From Lingula anatina (Eukaryota > Animalia > Brachiopoda): a stretch of 64,000 bases of DNA. The stretch is from contig CM120641.1 in assembly GCA_051362555.1 (NCBI GenBank), positions 38,694,401 to 38,758,400 on the forward strand, written 5' to 3'. Below the pieces are notes generated by a model, which saw only the letters and a program-made list of their open reading frames with translations, ran no database searches and was not told the DNA's origin. Shown in pieces: positions 26,556-40,800 of this stretch (its first letter is position 1; each line of letters starts with the position of its first letter). Both the position numbers and the translations under genes were made by a program.

Positions 26556-28350
26556 GTAATTTATCCCGTGCAAAACCTAATCGAGAAAGTAGTGAAATGA
26601 CGAGATCAGCACGTGAAACCATGAGATCGCGTGCAAGCCATTTGATCCGGGCCACTTTTGGAAAATCAGACTTTATTCAAATTGCAATGTCAAATATATG
26701 TGTTATAAAACAATGTATTGACCCCTTGTCCTGTGCTGTAATAAAACGAATGCAAATAGATTAAGCGCTTATTCTGATACAATGTTTTTATCATACCATA
26801 AAGGTAAAACTGTCAATACAACATCTCACGCAAAGAAGCCAAATTTTCTGTTAATGTGCAAGATTCCTGTTCTGAGCACACGAATAAAAAAAGATACGTG
26901 CAAATGTCTCACCAACAATACCAATCGCTTTGAAATCTAGTAATTGCCATTTGGAGGACTATATTTCTCGTGCAAGTGAAAACAATGCAAAGAGACAAAA
27001 ATACAATATATCAAATGACAAAAAAAAGTTTTAGGCCCAAGTTCTTTTCTTACTACTTCTTCACATGGAAGCATGGAATTTAGCACACTATCTGGTTATC
27101 TCTTCCTTGGCACACTTTTTGTTATGCCACGTCTGAAAATTCCAATAACACAAAAAGGCCGCCAGAAACAATATGGTAACATAAATCCTTGTTTGCACGT
27201 GAAAGTTATTACTATTTAGGAAAATCCACACAACGCGCTACACGAATGTTGTGACAAAGATTTTTTCTGTCACCTTTTCAAATAGCTAGCAATAAAACAG
27301 AATGCCATTTATTGAAATATTACTTCCCCTCTTCAATAGTGAATGATAATCTGCAGTATCTTCATAATTTCGAGTTTATTTGATGTTCTTTATATATCAG
27401 TTCATATTAGGTAGCCACAAGTTATGAAAAAGGAAGAACATGGAAGCAGATATCCCCGAGGAAAGGCTGTTTGTGTGAATGCAGGAAATCAAAGGTCAAG
27501 CCTTTGGCTGAAATTAATACAAGTAGTGGAATACAGATTTTGTCTTCATTTGCTAATTGCAAATTGAAAGACCACGAATCAGAGGGTGATATTTGAGAGG
27601 TTTGGGCAACGTATAGGGTATTATAACGTCAAAGCGCCATTAGGGCGTATTACGTCATCGTATAACATTTTTTTTAATATTCACTACAAGAATGCGGTAG
27701 ACAATATAATTTCACTGTTCTCCGCTTTTGGCAGCATGCACAACTGAAGTCATAATTATCAAACATAATGTACATTTTGGAGGTCATAATAGTTATAGCA
27801 ATTATTGATTCCTCTATGGCGCATTCAATATTTCACAATTAAATTAATCTTAAATCTTATAAAAGAGGTTTCACATGGTTTCTAGATAGGATGATAAAAC
27901 AGAATTATTCTTTACTTATAAATACGATGTTTTGGGCCACCATCTATGAAACATTGGTCATGTCCCGGGCGTTGGATTCCGGCGAGACACCATTCACGCA
28001 TTTTATTTAGACTAAAGATTTATTCTGTTTTAAATTCAAATTACAATGGAAAAAAGAAGTGAAACGCTTTGTAACAAAAAGGTCTTAGATTCATAAGAAA
28101 AAATAGTCCCATATTTAGTTGGATAAACTTTTCTTGATAAACCGCCATGATATACTTTCATAGTTTCAGTCTTTGCATACCACAACACGGGAAAGATTTC
28201 TGATGGCAGTATGGTGCAGTGACAGATGGAGGAGGCCATACGGAGAATAAATACCAAAAACCATGGTGTTCGGTGGTACACAGGCCCTGGTTCGTCTTCT
28301 AGACTTGCTATAAACAGTTTTTAGGCCATCTCTGTAAACATGACACTCGT

Positions 28351-28485
28351 GGAAGTGATATGGAATAGCTTAAGCTTTACGTGAATTGTTATAGGAAGTG
28401 ATATGGCATAGCTTAGGCCTTACGTGAATTGTTATCGAAAATGATATGGGATAACTTAGGCCTTACGTGAATTTTTACAGGAAGT
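28351..28485. repeat. 43-bp minisatellite, about 3.1 copies
   Basis: Units start at 28351, 28394 and 28437. Consensus GGAAGTGATATGGNATAGCTTAGGCCTTACGTGAATTGTTATA. Confidence 0.9.
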
Positions 28486-31400
28486 AGAGTTAGGGGCACC
28501 AAAAGATACCAATTCTAACTGCCACTTACGACCGACACTGCCAGAACACAAGAACATTATCTGACTGCCAATATTTATAGTTTATGATGTGCATACATGT
28601 ACAAAAGGTTATCAGGCAAAGACTTTTGTGATTTGATTCCTTGTCTTATATCCTTAAATGTGAATGGTGTGATGTGGTGAGATGACATATGTTTCATAGG
28701 TTTGCATGCATTCAACCCTGTGGTTAAGCTCCGGAGGCGGTATCCGTGATGACAACCTCAGTAAGAGACATACCCTCTTACTTGAAGCTTTGCACAGATA
28801 TTGTTCGATGCGATGCCAACGTGTAGTTCATTTCTCAAAATCTTACTTTATTACCCTTAGGATATTTTTGTGATAACGCAAATGTCACGATCTACCTTAG
28901 CCCACGGTTTGTCTTTCACTTACCAAAACACAGATATACACAGAAAACCGCTGGCCGTAGCCTCGTACATGAACAACATATAGGTTACAGTTGAGGTATC
29001 GCACAGCGTGATGCTTGAACAATGCACTGAGTGATGGTGAATTTATGGCATCATTTTCAGGCATCATTATTATTTGCTCTTATCAATACTGAAGAGCAAA
29101 CTGCCAGAGGCCTTTAAAAGAAGAGAAAACGTTGTTGGGAATAGTGATAGGTACCTAGTTATCCCATAAAACTCGTGCATTACTTAAATATTTTGTATAG
29201 CGATTTACTTACCAAAGTAAAATAATTCCATGCGCTTACGCGTGCTGGAAATAGCAAAGAAATTCTTACAATAAAAACAACAATTATAATTGTGCCGCTG
29301 CCAAGCATATTGAATGGTCGAAAAGTGGCCGTCTTCTCTGCAAACACTTACTGTTGCAAATGAAATGCTCATCCCTAGTTTGAAATGTTGTATGTTGTAT
29401 GTTGATCAACTTCTGGCGCTACTCAACTCCTAATCCCGCGAAATCTCACTTGATCTTACGCTAAGTTACGAAACTTGAGGCTATATCGGATGATTTCCCT
29501 TTCATCGCACAAAATCCCCTTGAAGAACAGTTTTTGTCGTTCAGAATGACAACTATTTATGACAAACGTTATGTCACGTTGAAGCAAAAGAGACAAGATA
29601 TCAATCTGATTGTTGTAAAGAACCAAAAGCTTAAAGTAAATTGTATGTGGATTTCATAGAAATAATACATTTTCGTAGTTCAAATACCTGGCTTCATTTG
29701 CTTCTGATTGTATAAATATACAAAATTGCCAATACACTGTTGTTTTTACTCTGAATTTTTCTCGTGGAATCAGAAAAAAATTTATAAAAGTTCATATGTT
29801 AATTAAAATCACAGCGACAAGACCACGCATGCATTTCAAAACACTAACTTCACAAAGATCTGATTTTGATTAATCTGCAAAATGATTTGAAGCAATGGAG
29901 GAAAAACAGCTGGGTTATTCATTATGCAGAGCACTTTGAACACTTTTCACATGCTTGAGATGGCGATATTTTAACTGTTAGCGCGTTGTTTATTACTATC
30001 AATTTTTTTTAACTTAGTTATTCAGCGCACCGATTCCAAATTACATCAGATGTGAAAGAGCGGAAGACGTTTCGCTGCTATATGAAACCACCAATAAATG
30101 ACTTATGACTTTGTAGTTTTTGTTTTTCGTCTGTTATGAAGTCTTTCGTAAAATATTAACTAAGCAACTTAAAAAGAATAAAATGAATCCCTTTACCGTT
30201 ATTACGGTAAAAAGACCATCTTTTTCTTAATACCTTCAGAGTATAAAAAAAAACGTGTTTAAGACATGGCAAAGGTGTTTATTCAATGAATTAAGCCAGG
30301 TCTTCTGCTTGGATTCAATTTTTTTTACTGATGTTCAGAACACAGAATATCACACAAATAATAATAAATATATATGTATATAATAACAAGGACACAATGA
30401 CGTCATTCATACATAACTACTTTCAGGGATTATGTTACAAGACTTACTACAGATGAAATTAAGTTTGGATATCTCAGCCGTGTGTTACCAAGGATAATCT
30501 GGCTTAACTATATAGTAGCTAGATGCATGTAGTTCTATACAGATGTGCTGCCTACTCTTTCTTGTACTCATTTCATACCCAAAATCAATAAATCTCATCA
30601 TATAAACATATAGATTATCAATATGGACAACAAAAAATTCAAGCACATTACCTTACGATTTCCAATAGGTTTGAATATCTAAATCATTCTTCAATGAATT
30701 TCAATTTCGGAGGGGAGAATACCAATAAAAACATTTTCTATGCATATCCAACACTTTAAACTTCAATAATACAAACAGTAGGTGGTCCTAAATACTTGTG
30801 TTTCTTGTTGTTAGAATTATTTTCTCAGATAAGTTAGCCATGCATGTTGCCTTAAATTTTTTTACACCATCAAAACCTCTCTTCTCATTTTTGAAGGAGA
30901 ATCTAATTTAAAATAAAATAAAATAAAATGGATGTTACAGTTTTTCGTGCATTTTGTTTTTTTAAGTGTGTGATTTTACAGAAAAGAGCCATTTATATAC
31001 AAGACAACTTACCCTTTTAAAGAAAAACACAAAAATCTCCTTCAACAGACAATATACCACAAAATAACACGCTTCCCAAACACTGCACTTTAACTAAATC
31101 AATCAATGTTCACCATGCTTCAATGATCTAGCCATTATTTTGGCCATTTTTGTGCTTAAACAATGAATATGAATATCTTATGTTAAACAAAAATCAAAAC
31201 TAAAATGAAGGTTTTGACTTCATGAATACACATGCTGGAACACAATCACTCAGTCTTTTTTTTTTTTTCACTCATGACGTTCATCTCAGCTCAAAATCTC
31301 TTCTAACAAATATCTGTATGCCTTTGGAGTCCCTTTCTTTAAAGAAAAGATAACATTTGTTGCCCGTAAGAAAAAAATCTTTGTGCTGATAATTATGCAC

Positions 31401-31862
31401 AAGAAAAAACTAACAGCAAGTGAGACACTATTAATTAAATCTGACTTCTGGTGGTATCAACCACTGGTGTAGGTATGATCACCTGGTGACTTCTATATGT
31501 GAGAAAGGATCATAAATAAAAATTTCTATTATCTAAAAAAATATAAAATTAATAATAATAATAATAACAATAATAATGATGATGATTATAAATAATTAAA
31601 TAAATTGAAATAAAAATACTTTAAAATAGATCCAACTTCCCCTAGATTAAGGAACAAATAATTGTTTTTAAAAAGAGGTAGTTTATCTTACTCTGATTTA
31701 ATTCATCCCAAGAGTGCAACCTCTATTTCAAGATGTTCAGTTGTGAATACATTAAATGAATAAATGGTATGAAAAATACCCATACTTTCCACTTTTACCA
31801 AAGTTATTCTTTAAACCTATAACATATAATACTGTATCTGATTTTTCTACAGTCTAATCTCC

Positions 31863-34800
31863 TTATTGGATTGTACCAGTGGCTAATCCACTTACAATTC
31901 GTTGCCACAGTTCTTTCTTGCATGACTTTGCACGGCGTAGGCTCTGTAACAGCTCGTTAAACTGTACCATCCCCCCGGGAGACATACAGAAAGCATTCCT
32001 TGCTATGCAGATGATGCTGACAAATTCATCATAGTCATTTGGTGTAATGTGGTGCAAACGTTGATGAGCACACTGAATAAACCTGGAAATTAATAACGTC
32101 AACACATCATTAAATCACTGGAGGGTAATGAGAGATTAAAATGTGCAAGCTTTGTTAGGTATAAAGTGGAGTGTGAAGAACAGTTCAAACAAGCATAAAA
32201 GTCAATGATCCTTTAAAGAAATTTATCTCAACCCAAGACAGTTCTCCTTGTCTATTATATATCTATATAAAGAAGTGTAAAGATACAACTAGAAATTTTC
32301 ATGTATGAGATGTTTATTTTTTGAATTCATCTTGCTTAGCCATGAAAGCTTGGTTTTTTGTGGTCACTTCTCAATGTCCTTTAAGTTACAGAAAACGTGT
32401 GCATTCACTCTACTTATTGTTCACACATTACTTAAGGATAAAAAGCATTTAGATTTTCATTGGGGGGGGGGGGGGGGGGGGAGGCATGTTATTCAACTCA
32501 CATTTGTAGGCACTTCTGAACCAGAGAATTAAGAACTGGAGAGCGCAGCTGAGCTGACACTTGAGTTGGGTTGTTTCTGGCCAGATAGTGGGCTGCTTCC
32601 AGGGCTATGTCCTGCAGGACAAATGGACTGACCACGGCATTAACAGTGGTAGCACAGAACTGCTGGAGGTGGCTGGTACCTGGAATAAGGTCAAGGTGAT
32701 GAGCTTAGACAAGAAGAGAAATAAGTGCATTAGGTTTCAATACACTACTCTTAAATTCATGTTTGCTAAAATAGTCATCATTTTATTGCAAAATACTTAT
32801 TAAACACAGATAAAGGATTAAATGACATAAAAACACACCTCTCCATTCAATTTATTTAAACATCTGTATTCAATTCCTTTTGGGTAAAAACAATTTATCA
32901 CCCTACCTAATTTGATGGCCAGTTGCAGCAACCATTTGACATCTTCCCCATAGGGAGGACTCCTTGCATACTTAGTCTGTGGACGATCATCATGTACACG
33001 CCTCCCTAGTGTCTCCATGGCTAGCATGCCCACTCTGTATGCAGCCACCAAAGAATAGTTCATCTGTGTGGAGTTGTGCTGCATGGCTGCTGACGTGGGT
33101 GGCTGTTGCTGTTGTTGAGATACAGCAGCCAGGCCACTGGTCGTCATTGTGGTCGGCAAATACTGAGACGTGTCCACAGATTGGACCGGATGGATTTGGT
33201 TTGGTCTGGTGTGGACCGCGTGCACCACCTGGTTGGTAGCATACTGTACCTGGTGGTTCCCTGTAGATGACTGCACAGTGTATACTGCAGTTGAGCTGGG
33301 CTGGAGATTTTGTATGTGAGCCAGCCCTGCATATGGAGGTGCTTGCTGATTCTGATAGCCATATGCCGCTAGATAGCCAGGATGCATAGTATGGGCGTGA
33401 ATGGGAACATGGGCTTGAGTATAGTGATGATGGAACCCTGGATGTGGATGGACTTGGTGTACATAAGGTACATATGTGTGATGTTGATGAGCCAGGTGAG
33501 GATGAGGACTAGTGGCTGATGATATAGTGTAGTGTAAATGTAATGGTAAAGTTACTGGTACCTGAGCCATGGCTCCAGCCTGGCTCAATGCAACAACCTG
33601 GACTGGAATAGGTGGACTAGTCCTTTCTATATTCTGTGCTGGGTTGCACTGTACTGCAACCATTGCATTCTCCTCTGCTGCAACCACAGATGCCTCTGTA
33701 ATAGGCAGAGCAGTGCACGCCTCCTGTACTGCTTCTTCATACAATTCATACCACCTACGGGCAACATCAAATAATACCTCTGGGTAAACACCGCCATCTT
33801 TTGCCGCAAGCTCTACAGCATTGCATGCCTTTTCTAGTTTTTCTCTGCTTTGTTCTTTGCATTGTATCAAAGCACGTTGAATCTCAGACGGATTTAATGC
33901 ATGAGCATGTGGGAGACAGGACAGAGCCAGCTCTGCAGCAGCACGGACCATGTTCGGGTCTCGGCCCCTTGATGCTTTATCAGCCAATAAGGCACACTCT
34001 GGCGGTGTCAGGTGACCTTCCCAGGTGTCAATCAAAATCTGAATAGCAACACTGCCCACTTCCATAGCTTGACCTGAAATTTTAACAATATTCATATTCA
34101 AATCTTTTTTTCTTGTCATCTACCCTGTCATCTATCTATTTAAACCAATGTTCATATATAAAATTTTTAAGATAGAGGCACTGAATCTCAATTTCTATGT
34201 TGTATCAATTATTTCCCTTCAAAAAAATTACTCAAGAAAATACATACTTAATGGCATGGAGTTGAAACTGCAAAATTAATGACCCTGACCATAAAAACCC
34301 AACATTAATTGCCACATTGGCCAATGGTCACTTGCCTGTAATCCAGGACACGTGTGAGGAGTATGTTCTGGACAGCCAGTTAGGAGACACACAGTTGTGC
34401 AGCCCCAGAGCATACAGCCCTATCTGGAATGCACAGATGTGGAGTGCCCTATGAGGTCCAGTAGGGTTGTTGTTGTTGGGTTGAGTAAACAATGAAGTGG
34501 AGCTGGTGCCTCCTGCCTTGGCCAGAACTGTCTTTGCCAGCTCATTCATGAAGTGTGCAGATGCCTCACTGGGCTGGTTGGGAAGGGTTGGGACCACCCT
34601 GTTCTTGCCTTTATATCTGAAATGGAAATGGAAAGAAGGGTAAGTTTAATATTGACAATCAATGTCCAAAGAAAAACACAAATATTTGACAGCACATATT
34701 TTTTTCTTTTTTGAGCCATCATTTACAAAATCTGATTTCCATCAAGATATTGATGTAAAGAAAGCAAAGTTAACAAACAGCAACAAAAGCATTGTGGAAA

Positions 34801-37800
34801 AGCTAACCAAAAAAAAAAAAAGAAAGAAAAAAAAAACTCAATGAAGTTCCTACCTTCCTTTAATACTAGGTGACAGTCCTCGGGAATCCACCAGCATGCT
34901 GGGCCCAGCTCTGGTATACATCAGAGGAGGGCTGAAATGAACCATATCATATATATATATGATAACCATGTAACAATTGATTCAACTTTAAGGAAAAGTA
35001 TATGAAAAAATCCCTATCCTTTCTTATTGTTCCAGCAACCAAGACATAAATTGCTGTTATTCCAAACATTAGCATACAGTGAAGTAAAAAATGCAGCTGG
35101 GCATTAAAATTTCCCACTACAAAAAATCAAGGTTACAAGGAACTGTTGTTATTTATTAAAGTAAAAAATCAACTGCTTATAATATTGTGTATTTATTAAC
35201 ATTAAAAACCTTGCAATGAATTCACGATTATGAACCAAGGACATGAAAGAAAATCCAGCAAAGACACTTAATTTATCAAAACCTAGATGCCTACCTCTCG
35301 TTATCTCTAAGTTTTGCCCTTCCCTTGTCCCCTGAACTGCTGGAGCCTATGGAATCTGAACTCTTCCCGCTGCTGCCACTGTCACTCCCAGGTCCCTGGT
35401 GCTTGCCCCAGTTACGACGCACTAGGGTTGGGGAGTTGTCACTGGACGTGGTCTCTGGAGCACTGCTATCAATACTGGCCATACCTAGAACACAAACAAT
35501 TCATACATAAGGCTATGTCCAGTGTGTTATTCTCTGCTCCTTCACAAGAAGTAATTACTTCATAATATATCTTATCATATATTTGTCAGAACTTGACTTA
35601 ATTGTCACAACAAAGGTTTCATTATCTTAATATCACATTGGAGGTTTTAAGGTACATTAAGTGATCAGAAAGACTTACCTGCAGATGGTTTCTTGTTTGT
35701 TTTCAGTATAGAACTCCTGAACTTAGCTTCCCAATCTTTACAGTTGTACTCATCTTCTTCAAGGGCAGAGCTATCATCATCCATTCCACCACTAATGCAA
35801 ATCAAAAACAAAATTTTATGATAAATTTTCAAACATGATAATGACTCACATGAACAAAAGGCAACTCAAAACAGATTTTCAATAGTCTGCCTTCCATTTT
35901 AACAACTCCACTCCATACTACTATGGCAATAATTTCATCATCAAATAAATTAACATTTCATAGATGATTTAACTTACCAGTTTTAAGTATTTGATAAAAC
36001 CTTATCTTAAAGAAAAGAGTCAAAAATGTTCAATATGTACCTTTTATAGTTTCTAACCAGACCCCCCTTAACCTGTGTCCCATTCTGCCCAGTGTGTGGG
36101 GTATGTTCCAGGTTGAGATAGTCCAGTCTCTGGGAGCCTGAGGACATGGGCAGGCTAGACCAGTTGCCACTGGTGCCAGCATGGGAACTGGGATCTGAAG
36201 ACAAGATAAAACCAGTCAATGAGAAAATTCTCTTCAAGTTTCACAAAAATTGAATGCATTGTCAGCTGGGTAACATACGTGATGATCAATGCCATCATAA
36301 ATCAAGATCCAAAAAATAAAACTTTAGATACAAAAATGTTGAGAAAAAAATTGTTTTTCAATGTCTTAAACAATTTAGATAACCCATAACTGTAAAACAG
36401 TTTTAACTCACTCACAATCATTTTTACATCCAACCCCAAACCTGCAAACAATACTGTACCTCCTCCATTAGCCAATGCTGCTGCAGCATCACCATTCGCT
36501 CTTCCCGATGAAGATGATCTTCCCTGGTCATCCACAAAATGACCCATAGGCTCTCCCCCAGGAGGTTGTGGACAGTGGACACTACTAGTGCCCCCACTAC
36601 TACTGGGGTGACCACTGCCTGCCCCCGAGCCACTGCGCTGGTTAGACTTGGTGAGGTAGGTGTGAAGTGGGGGAGCCTTATAGTGCTGATGGATCTCACG
36701 ATCCAATATCTTGTCCATGATCTGAAAGAAATTACCATCATTTTTAATTTTTATTTTCCTATCTTTCTGCTCTATGTTGTTTCATGAGAATAATAATTTA
36801 TAAATCTTTTTATCTGTCATCCTGTTATGAAGAAACTTAAATGCAAATATACTTTATTATTTAAGGGTAACAGCAATAAAGTCAGGTAAAGCATTTCATT
36901 CTGTAAAAGCCTTACTTTGGACAATTTGATTGGGTCATCCTTATAGTGGACCAGCATGGCTATGGCCAGGTCCCCTCTCTGTCTTCTGGTACATTCACAT
37001 AGAAGGGGATGCTCAGCCTCGGAGATGTTTGCTTTTAGTCCTGGATGTGCAAAATATAGCAAACTTAAAGGAACATCCAACTCCAGACTTGTAGTCCTTC
37101 TAAACAGTAAACACTACAACTTCCAGTTTTGCTTAAGATGTTGGACAGTCTTATAAAATTGTGATATGGATAAAAAATCATGATTGAAATCAGCGGATCT
37201 TAGTTTATCATACACTTATTTTACCATCAAAGACAAGATCATCTTCAAGATAGGAGTCCCTGTCTCCAGCTAAGTTTTATCATATATTATAAACATACCA
37301 AGTGCTGCTGTTGCTGCTTCAAAGCCCAATTTTTCATCAGTAGGCAAGCGCATTGGCCCATTCCCTGAAGCAGGTCGACTGCTGGTGTTGGCTCCATTCA
37401 CAGGTATAACTGAAAGTGAAGGAATGGTATACTATGAGACTCTTAGGTTTATCTGACAACATTATCTTAAATTAATTTACCGATAGAAGATTTGGAAACA
37501 CATTGTTCATAGAATTAATGCCCAAGTTTAACTAGCCTTGTGATGTAAGCAAAAAATAAAAGTAGGAAAAATTGATCAAGTTTCCCATATCTCCCCCCCC
37601 CCCTTCTGACAAAAGGTGTTTTTCTTTTGTATATACAATGTGTGTTCATTATCTTACCTGGTAAACAAAGTGAATCAAAGATAAAGCTAGCCAACATGAG
37701 AGGCAACAAGGCCTCTCCCCTTGATCTGAGTTTCCCATCCCTGAGCTGCTCGGCTCTATCCCTGATCACATTCAGCTCTGCTGGACCAAGGGGGATCTTC

Positions 37801-40800
37801 TTCAATAAGGTGACAAGTTCAGACTCTTGGTTGGCCAATTTCACCTGTAAGTATATATATTTGACAATCTAAACATAAGCAATGATAAATATTATGAAAT
37901 ACCTATGCAAACACATGCTTTTTAAAAATAAAATCTTGCCAAAATATTTGAAAAATATCAAGGTCAATCATACATGTAAAAAAATCTACTAGAGACTTTC
38001 ATATACACAAATACATGAATTATGTGACGAAATTTTGGTAACAATTCAAAATGCAGTATCAAACAATTATACACAGACAAAAATTGAGTGCAAACATCAA
38101 ACTGTAAATATTATTCATGTATACTACAAATAACTTAAAAAGATGTGTGATTATCTCAAAACAGCAAAGGGGGCACAATGCTATTATATCAATGCTTTAA
38201 TCCCATGTGAAAGCCGAAGGTTTATGATTGTCAAAAACATATGAGCATGAAAAAGGTGTAATACAAATCTCGCCACTTTAAGCACCACTGTATTAAAGAA
38301 CTCAAATCATAAAAAGCACAAACTCAACTATTACCCATTCAACACCACGTCTGACTTTATTTTAACCACCCAATACCTACAAACAGAAAACAAGTGTGAC
38401 TGACCTCTAGTGCCTTGCTGGCAGCAGGTTGCCTGGGCATTTCCAGTCCAAACATGCCCACCTTGAAGGCCAGGTGGTGGCACTCTGGGTCCTCTAGGAG
38501 AACACTACACAGAAAGGCTGCCTTAGCCAAGGTGGTGCTGGCAAAGGAGCTTGTGTTGTTCTGGTGCTTCTTCTTTTTACCTAGAACAGAACAGACAAGT
38601 GTCAGTTAATCGTAAGGCATGGAGTATACACAACTAAACTGGTGCAATCTGTAGTTGTCTGCATCCTTCTGATATTAAAACTCCTTTCATCAGTTTTAAA
38701 GATTCAAGACCCCCAAGGTTTCTGTACACTAAGAACAAGTTACAAGTAAATGAAAATTAACATAATGACTTACAAAACAGTATAACTATGATTACCCCCT
38801 GTGCTATACTGACCTTTACCATTTTGTTGACTTTGTTCCCCACAAACATCAGGTGGGTTGGCCAACATTTTCTCAGCCAACTGCTTTGCTAATTTACATG
38901 CAAAGCTATGGCCATGAGCATACAGAGCTTCAGCTCTGCAGAATAAAATCTAAAAAGCAATAAAAAAAGGTTGAAAGTGTTTTAATCATTAACTTAATAA
39001 TGAATAGCTTATTAATTTGTATGTCTGTTAAACAATTCAACATAACTCATTTCTGATTTTTATTTCAGACACTAGTATTGCAAAACATTTCTCATAAAAA
39101 ATAAAATATATAGATTAAATAAATAAATAACCAAGAAGGAAATACACAATGTAAATTTAAAAAAATTCAAGTAATGCAAAGTAAAACATTCAGCCAGCAA
39201 AATTTTTGCCAAGTATTATCCATAACACAGTCAGTTCATTGTTATAATGCTTAAAATATACCTCTTGCTGATTGTCCATTTTCCTAATACCAGCAAAGTA
39301 ATTTGGTTCATCAGATTTCTTGTCTTTCTTCCCAAAGTCTTGAAATCTAGATTTAGGATCATAGAAGTACATCTGATACTCGTCACTGGACTGTTGCGAT
39401 TCAGACTGGTACACATCCAGAGCCTGTGCACCCTCAACTAGTGGGTGCTCAGGGTTGGTGTCATTCACTTTAAAAGTTGATGGGCCAGGCCCAGAACCAT
39501 CAGAGTCAATGTCATCTGCTCTGATCCTATCAATGGCATTTCCATTTGCAGAAGAACAGCCATCCTTTGCAGCTCCTGCATCCACGCAGAGACTATGCAT
39601 ACCATTCCGTATGCTGGCTGTGGCAGTCTCGTCTGGAAGACTGGAATCCGAGTCACGGCCATTGAGCAAGAGGTCAGTTTTTAGATTTTCACTGAACCCC
39701 TCTGAGCTTGAACTTCCAGCCCTGTCAGCTTTGACATGACCAGTAAAGAAGTCAGTGGTTGTTACCACTGCTTTACCCTGAGATGAGGATTTCTCCACAG
39801 TTTGATGGTGGAGAGAATGTGAAGTATGTTGTGTATCAACTGCTAACCTTGTTACCTGATCGCTGTGAATACCTGCACTACTTATATTACTACTAGCACC
39901 ACCAGTGGTGATTGAACGCTGCAAACACATCGAGTGCATTATGTCTTTCTCCACATAGGTGACCCCTGCAATGTGGTAATCTGTCCAATCCAACTGACAA
40001 GCTTCAATGGCTGGCTTGAACCCTGAGAAGATTTCAATGTCATTCTTTTTTATAGCACCTGAGTTGATGACCGACGGACCAACTGTTCCAGCAGCTGCAC
40101 TATTCCCTCTTGTTTTCCGCACTTTATCAATTGTTTTTATGTGCCAGTCCTTGAACTTAATGTTGAAGTCATCCCTCTGAATGGAAGACAACTTCGGGTT
40201 CAGTGCAGCCATTCTCCACAGAGCTACGATCTCATCGCACAGACTGGAGCCTGCATGCTGTGAAGAGCTGGAAGCACCAGCGCCACGGTTGTTGTGCCCA
40301 CTGCTGCTGTTGTGAGAGGCTGATATCTTGGTGCTAAACCACCAGGCCAGTATCTAGTGTGGAAAATAAATATATCTATTTTCATTTTTTAGAGTATTTT
40401 ACAGATGTAGATTTTCAGTTTCCTACAGATTCATGCGTGAAAATTGTTGGGGTTAACAATATTCTCAAATTCTCTTGAAAGATACACACTCCAGAATCAA
40501 AAAGCACACTTGCCTCATCAATAATGAAAATCCATTATAACATTTCACAAAAAGTGCAAATTAAACCAACAACACCATATACTGAAACCAACAGATAAAA
40601 CTTTATTATCAAAACTGCCAGTAACTCACATTCTCACAGGCAAGGACCTCCTCTGTCAAGATCTCGAGTAAAGGAACAGCATTACTGTCATGCCTGCGCA
40701 GCATTTCTCTTACAATGGAGAGCAGGTTCCACATGCCCTCTGGCTCACGCCCACGCAGAGGTCTCAGGAGACTCTGGTACTCGGCTGCAGCAGGGGGTGC

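Noticed and set aside
28351-28485. Regularly spaced repeats suggestive of a CRISPR array
   Set aside because: Units are head-to-tail with no unique spacers, the context is eukaryotic, and there are no cas genes; it is a minisatellite.
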